Source: Pseudogymnoascus verrucosus
Lineage: Eukaryota
Reading direction: 5' to 3' (one strand)
DNA: 64,000 nucleotides
Assembly: GCA_001662655.1 (NCBI GenBank)
Contig: KV460213.1
A program made the position numbers and the translations under genes. This document shows, piece after piece, positions 11,135-24,609 of this stretch. Under the pieces are notes generated by a model that had not been told where the DNA came from, made no database searches, and was given only the letters and a program-made list of their open reading frames with translations. How positions within the stretch are numbered: position 1 is the stretch's first letter; every line of letters begins with the position of its first letter.

Positions 11135-11454
11135 AAGAAGCCATATATATGGGGCATTTTTAATTTGGATCAATCAAATGCAAAATAACTGCAACCACGT
11201 GGCCTAGAAGAGGACAACGAGGACGATCTTGTCCAATAATACATCGTCAGATTCGTCGGATGCTAGGCCTAATTGCAGTCTTAAGATCGATGGTTGATAG
11301 CTGCAACTTAGCTAGCTAGTAACTTCACCAGCCGGTATCACAAATTGTATAACAGGCAGTCTGTCCATATTCCGTCCGTCCCTGCGCCCGTCCGAGGCGT
11401 CTTCAAGCCCACATGTGATGAAAAATAGATGGCAAGGGTCAACACCGTAGTTCA

Positions 11455-14151
11455 TTAAATCTCCAATGCCTCTGGACTCGCGGTATCCCTTGTCACCACC
11501 TCCACAGGAACACCCTTGGTCTTGGTGAGGATCCAGCATGACGCATACATATTGACGCTGTTTAGGAGTTAGCCATTTTCTTCCAGGGGATAAAAAGGTT
11601 AACATACCGATCAATACAACCGCCATTCTCTCTAACACCCTCCCTCTTAGCCACAAATCCCCACTTCTCAAATTCGTCGATATACCACGGCTTTTTGCCA
11701 GCACTCCTCAGCATAACCCTACCACCGAGCTTGAGCGCATTGTTCAACTTCGCAATCTGCGTGGCCGCCGCTTGGCTCCCTGGGTCAAACCAATCCATGC
11801 TGTCCATCACGACCGCCACAGTCAATGTGCCGGGTCGTATCCTGTTTACGACCTCTTCGATCTCATCGGTGTGAATGCGTAGGCCCTCGAACGCATCCTT
11901 GCGAGATAGCTTCTTGTGCGCCCTCTCGTCCAGATACTCTGGGTGACACTGTGGCGTGTATGTACCCGCCATACAGACCTGGTAGTAATGGTTATCCTGT
12001 CCGATGAGAGTATGCTCAACGACTGGGTCAAGCGTATCAACCATGTACTGCCAAACTGCCTTGCCTCTGTTTTGCTCCCTCACCTTCTTATCCAAGATTT
12101 TCCCATCAGAAGATTCGGTGCCCTGAGATATGCAAGGATAGTCGCTCTCAATAACCGCAAGTTGGTTCTTTGGCACGCCGAGTGCGGCCCACAAAAAGCG
12201 CGGCTGCGAGATTAAAACGCTTGAGAGGATGCGCGAGAGGATTACTGGTCGGATTGAGGAGCGGTAGATCTCTCGTTGCTCAATCAAAGTCTTTGCGCTG
12301 AGTACCTTTCGTACCTCGTTGGAGAGACCGAACACATTCGACATGTAACGGAATAACTTCACGGCGTATCGGCTTCCACCTGTCTCGTATAATCCGCGAC
12401 CCTTGGGCGAGAAAACAGATACATTATCGAGCCAGTACTGGAACGCGCGGCTCGACAAGTGTGGCGAAAGTTTCTCAATCAGCAGCTCGCGGAAGTTGGC
12501 ATGCTTTCCTTCGCCGAAGATCTTCCAGAAATCGGCGTAAGGGAGGCAGTGATATCCAGCGACCTTGAGTTCGAGGAGGTTGTTCTGAGAAGGGTTCAGG
12601 TCCACGGCGTGAATGCGAGCTGGAGAGCGTAGAGCGTACGAGAGGATGTTGTCGCCAGCGCTGGTGATGGCGAGTACGACGTCGGAGGGGGTGAGATTCA
12701 GAATACGGTCGTCCACACGGGTATCTTCCCAAGTAAAGGCGTAGATGTACTCGTTGTTAAACTGGGTGTGCTTCTGTAACTGATCATCGAAATGAATGCG
12801 GTAGTGGTGGTTTTGGTAGAAAAATGAAGGGAGAGGAAGGTTGGAGGTCAGGTTCAGGAGGGCGGCAGAGTAAGCCTTGGATCGGATTTCTGGGTTTGCC
12901 TTCTCAACTGCCTTCGACAGGTTGGCTGTGTAGTTCGCAGGGTGTAGGTAAGGAGATTCGGTGACGGCCGCATCTATGCGCTCGATAATGTCATGGCTGG
13001 ACGGGGACAGTGCTGTCGAGTGCTTCTTGGGGCATCCAAGCCACATGTAGTAAGGGATGGCGCCTAGGAGATAGTTGCGGCTGTCTGCAGAGAGAACCGT
13101 TCCAAATCGGTATTCAAGGTAATCACGGCGGCTGGCATCGAGACCAACGCGGTCGATGTCGAACCACGCACGCCAGAACAGTCGGCTAACCCAGTTGACG
13201 TGGCGTGTCAGGGCGCCACCGGTGTAGTTCCTGGAGCTCAAATCGACGACAGATTGCACGTAAAAGTCGACAACTCCAATAACTCCGGATGGAGCGAGGA
13301 GGTTGGTGAGAGAGTCGATCACTGAGTAGAAATCAGGCTACACAATTAGCTTAGTACTTTTAAACTGGAAGCGTCACTCACAATCATTGACAAGCTGTAT
13401 GACATTGTAACCAAGTCTGCTCCCACAGCTGATTTCGAGTCGGAAAAGTACTCATCAATGGCAGGTGGGGGGAGAATGAGGTCGCTGGAAGACTCGTCGC
13501 TCTCTCCCTCGTGATCTTCAAGTCGGAAAAGTCTCGCATCCTGGCAAACAACTTTCACATTGTTCCATCCAAGGCGAACAAATCTCTTACGCGCCACTTC
13601 GCACAGCGAGGGCGAGAAGTCGACAAGATAGACGCTGGAGAAGAACTCGGGGACATTTAGGTATTTGGACATAGCCTCGATATTGTAGCCTGTCCCGCCA
13701 CCAACCTGGGTATCTTGCGCATCAGTTGCCGCGACTGGCCGGGGGATACGGCTGTACTCACATCAACCCAAATACGTCTCTGGTTCTTCGACTGGTTGGC
13801 TGTTGTAGCCTTTTGCTTCAACTGCGCAGCCACCAACCCAAGCATGTCCTCTCGGCCACACAGGAGTCGTTTGCGGGTCGCGTCATAGACGCCAGCTTGC
13901 GCCTTGTAGAAGCTCTCGAGGGCATCTTGCTGGCCATTCTCGCCGCTCTTCTCGTGCGGCTTGAGAAAGCACGCGTAGAAGAAGCGGATGAACGAGGACC
14001 ACGTGCTCAGCTCTTCGTCATTTTTGGGGGTCTTCTTTCCCCCGAAGGTTGTGACAAACACAATACCGACAAGAATCGCAATAGATGCTCCGGCAGCAAT
14101 AATTTGAGTGTGGGAATCCTTGGGCAGGATGTTAGGGATAAGAGAAGCCAT
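11455..14151 (-). CDS. BTA1: Betaine lipid (DGTS) synthase: SAM methyltransferase plus BtaA/DUF3419-like domain, 4 exons
   Basis: QQDALESFYKAQAGVYDATRKRLLCGREDML, WVDVGGGTGYNIEAM, TMSYSLSMIPDFY, YIYAFTWED, LAITSAGDNILSY, VMDSMDWF, CIDRVNMYASCW. N-terminal TM helix. Confidence 0.92.
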
Positions 14152-15453
14152 GGTACTCTCTCATAGTGTGTGAGAAAAGCACCGCGGAGATTTGGATAGA
14201 AACAGCACAATGAAGCAAGCTGCTGGGCGGAGGTAATAGGTAGTTGCAAGAAATCAAAGGGAAGAGGAAAAAGGAAAGAGAGGAAGGGGACAGCAGCGGG
14301 GAGATATAAAGGCCCAATGGGCCGTGCTGGGGGTAGGCATAGCTGTGTGTGGGTGGCAGTAGGAGGGGTGGAGGCGGGGTGAGTGAGGGCGAGATGTGAG
14401 GTTTCAACGTCGAGCAATACACACACAACGTGGACTGATTCAGCAGGAGCAGGAGGACCAAGAGAAGGAGCAGGGGACGATCAAGACTCAGTTGATAACC
14501 CCTCGTGGTCCACAGTAACATCCCACTATCCCACTATCTGGCCGGTTATCGGTTCAGGGCGGCGGTGGAGTAGTGTAACAGACCACAGTGTGACTCCCAT
14601 CTGCAACATCTGCATACTGAATAGCTGCAGCATCGTCGTCTTGGGGGACAGGGGGAGCTTTCGTTGACAGGCCGTTGTGGTTCTGATGGAACGGGGCTGC
14701 ATCGACCTATCATCGCGGCACATGGCCTGGTTACACTGTGCTGGACGAGTAGTATATTGTACTGGCGCTGTACGGATCTGTAGGGGTGCTGCACTGCAAT
14801 TGTAGCCATTTAAAGTAAGTACAGTAGACAAGTCCCTGGCTCTCATCAGATTCGACGATCCTAAAGATCGTCTCCGTTGAATGTTGAGACCAGTCCGTCC
14901 GCAGTACTCTTGTACGTGTACTCTAGTATGAGTAGACTAGTATGAGTAGAGGAATGGTGATCTCTCATTGATCAGATTACTCGGATTGCCCAGAAACGTG
15001 CATGGTTTCTCGTGGACGAGAGGTGCCAAGACTGGCGATGGTCGAATGTCGTCGTTTCGGCCAATCATATGGTCAGGAGCAACCACGACCTAACGACCTT
15101 AACTGACTCTATTGTAGGTACAGAAACTCGCATACTCTGGGGTTACAGTACGGAAAGTAATCTATCACGACTCGTACCTTACCACTTTATCCACTTCACC
15201 CACTTCACCCACTTAATCCCATCCACCACAAGCCAAGACGTGCTACCGCGGTGTCCATGGATGGCCTATCCGTTTCTCTCAGCCTTGTCCGTAGCCTTCT
15301 TCCCCTTCCCTCTTACAATACACTCTCTACAGTAGAACTCCACACACCATGTAATCGAACCTACAGAACAAACTGTGGTAGTGGTATATATATATCCTAC
15401 ATTATACACAAGCCCAAAAACGCCTTTGCCTCGGCACCCACCAACCCTCAGCC

Positions 15454-16566
15454 TTAAGCCCGCCTCTCACGCTCCTGCCTCTCCATCTCACTCCTGAATA
15501 CATTACTTCCCCCTGCCCCTCCCCCCACGCCATTCCCGAACTCGGGTCTTGTCGGGGTGCTCACCAAGCTCCCCAGATCGCTATCCCTCCTCCTCGGCCT
15601 CTCCTGCTCAAAGTCAAACGTGTCATCCCTGAACGACGTCTGGGCATCGAGGGGAGCGCCAGCCTCTGCTTCCCGCTCCTGCAACTTAATCGCCCCCTTC
15701 CGCCCCATCCCCAACCGCTCGCCCCTGCTCTTCCCGATCCCATACCCCTTCCTCCGTCCCATCACGTTGCCCAGCCCAATGACCCTGGCGTGTCTGTTCC
15801 ACCAGAAGCCGCCGCACACGCAGAGGATGATGAACCCAAACACTGCCGGTAGCGCGATGTATAGTGCCGGTCCCTTGGGCACCTGCGTAGGCTTGAACTC
15901 GACTTCCTCTGGCGCAGTGCCAATTGCTATCCGTGGGCCCGGCAGGCGTTTCCCACCTGTTTCGGTGGCCAGGAACAAATCGATATAGTTCTCCTTAGAT
16001 CCCTGTTTCCATTCATCTATGACACTCATGGCGTACCACCCGCGAGAGCCCGACAGTGTTTTTGACTCAAACGCTTGCTCGCCGCCAACAGAGGCATTGA
16101 AGTAATTCCCAAGGACGAACACAGATGCGTTTCCGGGGAATGCGCTTGTATCCCAGGTTACATAGTATGTGGAGCCGGGTTCAAGGTGTGTGCCGTTGGT
16201 AGGTACGCAGAACGGCGCGTTGGGACCGTCTTTGTTGTGGCAGACGTCGAAGGATGAGCCGCCTGCTTGTGTCTGCTGGGCACCCGCACCAGTTGTAGTT
16301 GCGCTTGGGGAGGCATTTATGGTCGTTGCTACGCCACTGATGGTTGTGGCTACTGGCGTAACAGTTGACGCAGCACCATCCGGATTGATGGTTATGTACG
16401 GTTCGAGACCTGAGTTATCTGCTTAGGGAAACGATGTCAGCATGTGTAACAATTAGAGGAGCTGTTATAAAGCAATACCACGACGATAGCCCGGTACGGC
16501 GAGTGCAGAGGGCACAAAGGAGGCCAGGCCGAGGAGAGCAACGCTGAATCTGGTCAACGCGTGCAT
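15454..16566 (-). CDS. Psg1/Ykl077w-like single-pass membrane glycoprotein, 2 exons (16566-16479, 16421-15454)
   Basis: Signal peptide, LEPYITINPDG..TVTP, CHNKDGPNAPFCVP...TYYVTWD, TM helix ALYIALPAVFGFIILCVCGGFWW, then MGRRKGYGIGKSRGER. Confidence 0.75.
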
Positions 16567-17631
16567 TGTGGCGGCCGTTGGCGAGTTCAGATGTGGAGAG
16601 CGAGTAAACAAAAGCAACGGATGCAATTATGAGGACTAATTGGATTTCGCAGACATGGAAGACAAAACGAGCGATAAATCACAGGCAGTGAATTGGAAAA
16701 GGAAGACACTCTTCGGTCAAACCTTGCTACAATAATTAAACCTGCGGTTGCACGTCCAGCCAGGGGTATAACGCGTATTGCGTGCAAGGTACCGGTAGTC
16801 GCTCATAGCACCGAGGTTTAAGGGACCGTGCATGACTCCAGACCCAACCCATATCAGAGGCACAGGAACACCACACCAGGGAGGGAATCCATCATTGCTC
16901 CAAGTGATCACAGCAACTATAAATGAATTAGTGAATTAATTAATAGACCGTTCAAGTCTTCTCGGCCTGCTATTCCTACATCCAACAAGAAAATTACTAT
17001 AAAATCAAGCTAAATGGTTAATTTTTTGGGCTTCAATCGCGGGTCCAGCAATCTTCTCTACGCCACTAAAATACACTGATTCCAAAGATAATCTGATGAT
17101 AATATTCTTTGCTACGGATTATTCGCCCTAGCATCTCCCTATAACTATTTATGGCCTCCTTACATAGTGAATATCGAGACCTAGTAGAATATCAATACTA
17201 TGAGCCGAACCAACCCTAAAATATGCAACACATGGAGGTTATATATAAATAGTAGGGCTATAATAATTGAAATTGCGTGACTTGTGGGTATTGAACTGAT
17301 GGGACAATAGAAGGCTGTTGGACTCTTGAATTAAATTAGTTGGATTTATCAACCCCATCGAGTCTATCAAACTAAAAATGCCATCTGAAGTTATAAGGGG
17401 CGCTATATATATTAAATTAATTATAGTGTTTATCGAATATTCAGCTTAGAAACCAATCTGATTTCTAATCGACAGCATATAATCGACGTCATACTTCCAA
17501 TCACAAAGACAACTAACTGCCCTGGACTCTTTTAATATTCCCTATCATCTCCTTATATCTGCCTCAGCCCTGCAAAAACCCCGTCATATGTCACTAGTAA
17601 AGCTTACTTTTTTCAACAATAACAAACAAAC

Positions 17632-18683
17632 ATGTCGAACCTCGACGCTGCTCAGCTATTCTCTGTCAAGGGACTGGTTGCTGTAGTCACAGGCGCCAGC
17701 TCTGGTTTGGGCGAAGTTATGGCCCATGCTCTGGATGTTAACGGCGCAGCTAAAGTCTTCATTCTCGGCCGCCGAGAGTCCAAACTCAGGGAGGTTGCAT
17801 CAAAAGCAGTATGTGTTGACTTCTGATTCGCCCCACTAAGCTAATTGCTTTTTAGAAAAATGGCTCTCTCATCCCGCTCGTATGCGATGTGACATCCAAA
17901 GAATCCTTGGAGGCTGCAGTGTCGACAATCGAAAAGCAGACGCCATTTATTAATCTTCTTATTGCCAATTCAGGTTATCTCGGGGAGGTTAGCGGTATGG
18001 TCCCTAGGCCGGCAGAGCAGACTCTAGGTGAACTTTAAAAGGAGCTGTGGGACAAGTCAACCTACGAAGATGCAACTAAAGTTGTTACCACTAACATAGC
18101 CGGATCGTATTTTACCTTCCTCGCCTTCTTGGGCTTGTTAGGAGCTGGCAATACGCACTCTGACAGCATAGGAAAGAGTGGACTACTGCAGAGTCAGTTT
18201 ATTAGTACTACTAGTTTTGGTGGCTTGTGCCGAGCTGAAGCTCCTAGCTATGTCTACAATGCCAGCAAGGCTGCTCTGAGCCACTTGACGAAGACTTTGT
18301 CATCGGAGTATGCCAAACATAGCATCCGGGCCAATGCTATTGCCCCCGGGACTTTTGTTACAGAAATGACAGAGGAATGTGATACAACAAAAAAAAAAAG
18401 TCTTTTGACTGTTGAGTAGAAGCTTACATCCAAGTAGGCCTACACCCCAGAGGGAGATATCAGCGTCGTCGGCTCTTTGCCGTGGCAAGCTATCCCAGTT
18501 ACACGAGCAGGCACAGAAGAGGTATGCTAACACTCCAGTCTGAACTGATTGAATGCTAATATTCCTGCAAGGATATTGCCGGTGCTGTGCTTTATTTGGC
18601 ATCTAGAGCAGGTGCTTTTGTGAATGGGGTGCATCTTGCTACCTGACGGCGGAATGCTTTCTGTTCGCCCTGGTTCCTACTAG
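17632..18683 (+). pseudogene. Short-chain dehydrogenase/reductase pseudogene
   Basis: TGASSGLG, ANSG, YNASK and IAPG motifs are present. Lesions: in-frame TAA at 18036-18038, intron-2 donor GAATGT (18375-18380) instead of GTATGT, and an extra G in GGGG 18626-18629 that shifts the terminal DGGML segment. Confidence 0.85.
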
Positions 18684-19226
18684 ATGTGCAGCCGACGTCG
18701 AAGCAGGCACTTTGAAAGCTAGCGATGGTGCCTTTTTGGTGAGTGTGTACGTGTCAAAAGCGGTTAAGTGTAGGATACGGTACTGGCAGTAATGGATTTA
18801 CTGGTGGAATGGCCCACATAGTGAGGTGGCTGTCAGGGGTTGCAAGTGACTTGGTTCAATCAAAAGATCTGTCTTATTACAAAGAGGGAAGTGTAAAGAA
18901 GGAAGACTCCAGCTCCCCATGTTGATTGTAATTATGATATCAAAATACTTATTATACCCCCAATCAACGCGGCTCTCTCCTTATATCGTAACAGTACCGG
19001 GCCATCCAAAACAACCATAAAGACGCGAAGGAAAGCCATCATATATAAATAAAACGGGCTCGTGAGCCCACTTGTGAACGATGGAAGAAACTCATCCATC
19101 GGAATCGTGATCCTCCTGGGTATATTGAAAAGACAGAAACGCGACCAACTCCCTACTCCGCCCAACCCGAATCCCTCTGTAGTCATACGACACACAGCTC
19201 GCACACCTTACAACAGAGACAGGGGG

Positions 19227-21204
19227 TCAGTCAAAGACACCTCTGGGTTGCCCATCCATATCAATAGCTTCTTGCCCCACGATCTCGCCTTCCTTGCGAT
19301 AGGGGTTCCTACCCCTGCTCATCACCTTATCTCTCTCCTTCTGGCCTATCGCGATGAGGTCAAAATTCGAAGGGAGAGGTGACCCCGAACTATTTTCATT
19401 AGCTGCTTTCGATACTCACATCGATCCCTCAATGCTCTCGCTAATGGAAATACTAGCAATGGGAGAGGGGTGGTAGAGGCAACTCACATCAGGAAGTCAA
19501 CTTTCATATTCCTAGCCTTGTCCTTCAGTGATCCCTGGTTCCGACATTCGTCGAATATCCCCTCAGCCTGACCTCTCGCATGCAGTGCTGCCCAGCCAAC
19601 CCCAAACCGTCCTATCAGGTCTATGAACCCGGCCTCTTCGTCTTGTGTCCACTTCGTCCGCCTTTGGGTCGGTCTGTGGGCACCAATATTCAGCAGGCGC
19701 GCCTGCGCCTGTTGCGCCGCCATCTCTCGCGCTGCATCGTACTGCGTTGCTTGGTGCTGCGCTTCACGGTACGCCTTCATTCCATTGTTCAATTCCTCTT
19801 CGATGGGAGAAACGACAGAATTTCTACCCTGCACTCGGCTGGAACTGGGCTGCTGCGGCAATCTGGATGCTGTAGCCTCGATGCGCGGTTGCCTGGACTG
19901 TACTTCCCCTGCCAGGCCGTGCGAAACGACACGGCTGGGAATCCTTGCGCGTTTGCGCGCACCTCCTGTGACCTGTATGACCTCGGGTGGCGGTTCTCGG
20001 AAGCGACTAGGTAGTTGATTGCGGTCCTGCTCGAAGCCATCATCTTCCGAGATTTCGTCCTCATCCATAGCCGCTTCTACCTCGTGTTCAGACACTTCTT
20101 CGGGCTCTTCTCGTGCCCGCTTGGCGTGTTGCCTGGCCGTGGGTTCCGGCTGAGAATCAGCGTCGGAGTCACTGATTTGAGATACTCTATGGGCGCTGGG
20201 TTGGCGCTCAATGAAGGACTTGCGTTGAGGGTTTGCAGGAAGTGTGGCTGCTAACGTTTGAGGGATGGCCTCGGCAGGGAGAGGCCTGTTTTCTTTGTTC
20301 TTCTCTGCGTCATATTCTGTCATCTTATTTGCAAAATCCTCATTCGAGAAATGGAATGGCCTGTTGTCATCCGCCTCTGGGTGTTCTTCCTGTGATGTTT
20401 TCGCCGGGGCGGTCAAGGGTAGCTGGCGCGTCACATTATTCTGCGGCGTTTTAGGTGCTGAGGGACCGGCGGCGACTTGCTGCTGTAGTTGTTGCTGGTT
20501 CGAGGGCGGTGCCGCACTTGCCTGGGGCTTTTTGGACATGAGATAGCTGAGGCCGGTCAGTCGCTTGGGGTTACTAAAGTGACTGTCAGAATGGGTATTG
20601 TGGTCTAGTGGGTTACCTTCAACTGATCTGCCATATTTGAAATAAAATTAACAACCCGAGGTAGAGACGGATTCTACACACCTGTTTCCTCGCGAGGTAC
20701 TACGGATCTGAGCGGCAGGGAGAAGGGATTTCTTAGCCGCAGGCGCTGGATGTGGTATTTCAGAAAGGCCTGACATAGGCTCTGGATGTTGGTGAACGTT
20801 GGGAAATTCCCGAGCCTCTGCTTCATTTCGGAGCGATTCTTGCATTTCTTCATCCTCAGCTACCATTGATAAGTCTGATCGTATGTTAGATCGCAATCTT
20901 GCGCTTTTGCTTCGATAATCTTACCTGTTTGTATCGGCGCATTACCGCGCACCTTCTTTCCGCGACTATTGTTCGCCGTGCTAGCGTCGCTGCCTACACT
21001 ATTCACGCTGCCCTGCCTCTCATTGCGACCCCCGCCTTGTCTCAGGTCCGGCGCATAAGGTTCATCAAGATCTCGACTCTGGCTGCGGGTTGCGCGCGTT
21101 GAACGTTTCTGTGGGCTTCGAACAGTGCGCCTGGAAGCGTCGGGCTTGGGTGGCGATGAAGCTTGATCATGGCTGGCTGCTCGCGATGAGGTTCGACGGG
21201 CCAT
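19227..21204 (-). CDS. Myb/telobox (TRF/Tbf1-like) DNA-binding protein with long disordered N-terminus, about 4 exons
   Basis: C-terminal RRTKWTQDEEAGFIDLIGRFGVGWAAL...RNQGSLKDKARNMKVDFLI, spliced (intron 19487-19390) to SGSPLPSNFDLIAIGQKERDKVMSRGRNPYR...GVFD*. Internal exon joins near 20.6 kb are uncertain. Confidence 0.75.
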
Positions 21205-22289
21205 TGTGATTGTGGGCGGTTGGTGGCGGAGTTTGGATCTGCACTAGGTTTCGGAGTTGTTGTTTAAGCGTTGCCTTCGAGTATAAAAAATAGTAGAAAT
21301 ATAGAACTATGGTACACTCATAGCTTGCTCGTTTTGCTTAATGAAACTCCCTGTTGAAGTTGGGGAAGTTGGGGAAGCAAGCGAAGCGTGGGTAACAATG
21401 GCTGTTTTCGACTAGATTGTTTGTTATCGGGGCGCGTCATGGGAAGGCTAACGAGGACGAACTTAATCTTTACGCGACACACGCGGGGTCACGGGACTTT
21501 TAAGCTTGTCTATTTTTGTACCACACCACAGAAAGTAATCTAGAACTTTATGCCTGAGGATTGATGCCTGAGGATGAATTGTATCTGTGGCGAATGCGCA
21601 TGCGAATGTGTCCTCAGGCACCCCTTCACCTTCACATGAAGTACAATACTCCTCCTCCTTATTCATCCTCTCTTCATCCTCTCCTCTCTAAAGAGTCCGA
21701 ACCTTTCTTTGCAGGATTTCTTATATATCTGTTGTTTCTTACACCTTATATCTCTTATTTTCCTCACTTTTCTTACAAACTTCATTTCCGAATATCTGTC
21801 TCCTTGAACTGCCTTCTTTGGTAATTTCCCCCGGATAGATACTTGAGATCTATATAAAGTACGCGGACCAATACTTCCCCTCCATCCCGTGTCTCTGAGA
21901 TCCATATTAACTTATTCCGTGAACAGCCTAGCTCACTCTCCCCCATAAAAGTGTACCATAGATCTGTCAAAGGCCCTGTGGCACTACTCGACTTTACAGT
22001 ACACGCGACTTCATCCCTTCCTCCACCAAACTTCCTATCGCATCTACTCTACAAACGCGGACACAACAATAATTTTCATTATCGTCCGTTTGGGCAGAGA
22101 GTCAACCGGTTTTTTGCCGACACACATCATATAGCGCAGGCAAAAACTATTGGAATTGAGCCAATACCTGTTGGGCCACATCGCTCCTTTTAATCGATAT
22201 TTAGGACAGCCATTGCCTCCATCGCTGTATCTCGCCCAAATCGACGAGCCTAGCGACATTTTACTCGACATCAGCGTCACATTATAACC

Positions 22290-24029
22290 ATGAAGCTTCG
22301 ATTATGTCGTGCGTCGCCACTCCTCGTTCTGCTCGTTCCTTCGTTGGTAGCAGCTGCCGCCATTGCAGGTGATGCATCGGACACTCCAACTCCAACGAAC
22401 ATCGCCGTGGCAAGAGAAATCCCGCCTTCAGCCACCGAACTTGGTGCCCAGATCGCCGGCCAGAAGCCCACCTCCCTGGGCCTCCATGGAACGAAGGACG
22501 CGCCTGTCGACGGAAAGGACGGCAAACCGCACGCTGGCCCCTTTGTCGACTCGGATAGAAAGAAGCCTGAGCCAACAGGCGCTTCGGATGAGCTTGTCGA
22601 AGCAAAGAAGCAAACACCCCTGAAGGGGGCACCGGAGGATATCACCATGGTCGATGGCCAAAAAATACCCGATGTAAACGACGGCGTCATGAACGACCCG
22701 GAACGCCAGTTACCAAAAGATGGGACGACTGGGACAGAGGGAGGGGTTAGCCAGAAGGATAAAGATAGGAAGGCACAAGAGGGACAGACCGGAGAGCGAC
22801 TAGAAAAGAAACCAGACCCGCCGAAAGAAGCCCCTCCGTTGCCACACAGCGAACAAGAGCTGATTAACACTGGCAATGAAAAGGGAGACAAGGACACGAA
22901 GAAGCCAAAAGCTAAAGAAGCAGACCCCGATGATGATTACGAACTTGCGGGTCTTGAGGTATGTCTTGTTCTTGAGTGTTTTAGTGCAGCCAAATCTAAT
23001 ATACACAGAAACCCGATGAGCTACCAAAGAAACCGGTAGATTTACCACATCCAATCCCCGACTCTGCCCACAAGGACCACTTGGATTTCACAAAGCCCGC
23101 TAAGACTGGCCAATCCGACGTTGATGCTGAGGGGGTTGAAGGTCTCATCCAACCCCTGCATTCGTTTATCCTCTCCCTCACTATGATTCTCGTCTCTGAA
23201 ATTGGCGACAAGACCTTCCTCATCGCAGCCTTGATGGCCATGAAGCACGACAGAATCCTCGTCTTCTCTGCAGCTTTCTCTGCACTGATCACCATGACTG
23301 TCCTCTCCGCAGTTCTCGGCCACGCTGTTCCTAGCCTGCTTCCACAACGCTTTACCAACTTCATGGCTGCAATTCTATTTTTGATATTCGGCGTGAAGAT
23401 GTTGAGAGAGGGACAGGCTATGAGCCCAACCGAAGGTGTCGCGGCGGAAATGCAAGAAGTCGAAATGGAACTTGAGGAGAAAGAACTTGAATTGCGCCAA
23501 CAGGGTCGTCGCTCGTCGGCCTCTCCATATGCCTTAGAGATGGGCTTGGGCCATAACTCGAGGAAGTCTAGATCAAAGACGCGCTTGCCGTCTCCTCCAA
23601 GGAGCCCATCATCATCGCGAGGATCATCGCCAGTCCCGGGTTCCGCGTTGAAGAATGCAGCAGCTGGATTCGGTAATCTTGTATCTCTATTGTTGAGTCC
23701 TGCCTGGGTTCAAACCTTCGTTATGACGTTTTTGGGCGAATGGGGTGATAGGAGTCAGATTGCTACCATTGCTATGGCAGCAGGGCAGGATTACTGGTGG
23801 GTGACTGCAGGAGCCATTTGCGGGCACGCGGTTTGCACTGGTGTCGCTGTTATTGGAGGAAGGGCAATTGCCGGCAAAGTATCACTGAGAGTTGGTAAGT
23901 TTAATCCCACCCACTTTAACGTATATAGTTCCAATTTGCTAACCCTCGAATGCAGTAACTCTGGGTGGAGCTTTCGCATTCATCATTTTCGGTATCGTCT
24001 ACCTGCTTGGCTCTCTTCACTCGACATGA
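22290..24029 (+). CDS. GDT1: GDT1/TMEM165 (UPF0016) Ca2+/Mn2+ transporter with long luminal N-terminal extension, 3 exons
   Basis: Both family motifs, EIGDKT and EWGDRS. Signal peptide. Introns 22959-23008 and about 23895-23955. Confidence 0.93.
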
Positions 24030-24609
24030 GTGGCAGATGGATAACTTTTTAACGAAAATCGCCCTGAATGGGCCACTATGTATATACAATAGCACTGTCA
24101 ACGACTACGGCATTGTCTCCGGATTTCTTTGCTTCTAAGCGCACATGAAGGTGCTTTGTATAACAGGGTAAAAGCTCACGAGAGGTCCCCTAACTCGCAG
24201 GGGTACAGGAGGGAAGGATAACGGCATGGCCTACGGCGTTATTGATGTTCATTTTATTATTGAGAGAGTGGAAGCGTCGAGGTAATATAACGAGTACACA
24301 TAATTTATAGCTGAACAGCACGGGTCTTCCAGCCTATGTATGAGAATAAAGATGTTTAATCAATGGTAACTTCGTGTCCACTATTGTAACGTGCAAGCGG
24401 TTCGAGACCAAAATATATTGGGGATATGAGTGATAGGTCATACGGTATTATAAGCAATCGAATGAACAGTTCCGCGCTGTACAGAAGATGTAACGCCAAT
24501 GATGCAAACTCCCACCTGTTACACCAGCCTGTTGCAAACCCCGAAGAACACCTCCCAAGAAAAAATGCTGCCTCCTTTCAATATAAACCTATCCTGAACT
24601 TCAAACTAC

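Noticed and set aside
5547..18683. Secondary-metabolite or catabolic gene cluster
   Set aside because: No PKS, NRPS or terpene backbone gene and no pathway regulator; the functions are unrelated.
19390..19487. 21-nt in-frame micro-exon (19440-19420) or stwintron inside the last intron of the Myb gene
   Set aside because: It would need a 30-nt second intron and a non-canonical branch point in the first. A single 98-nt intron is simpler.
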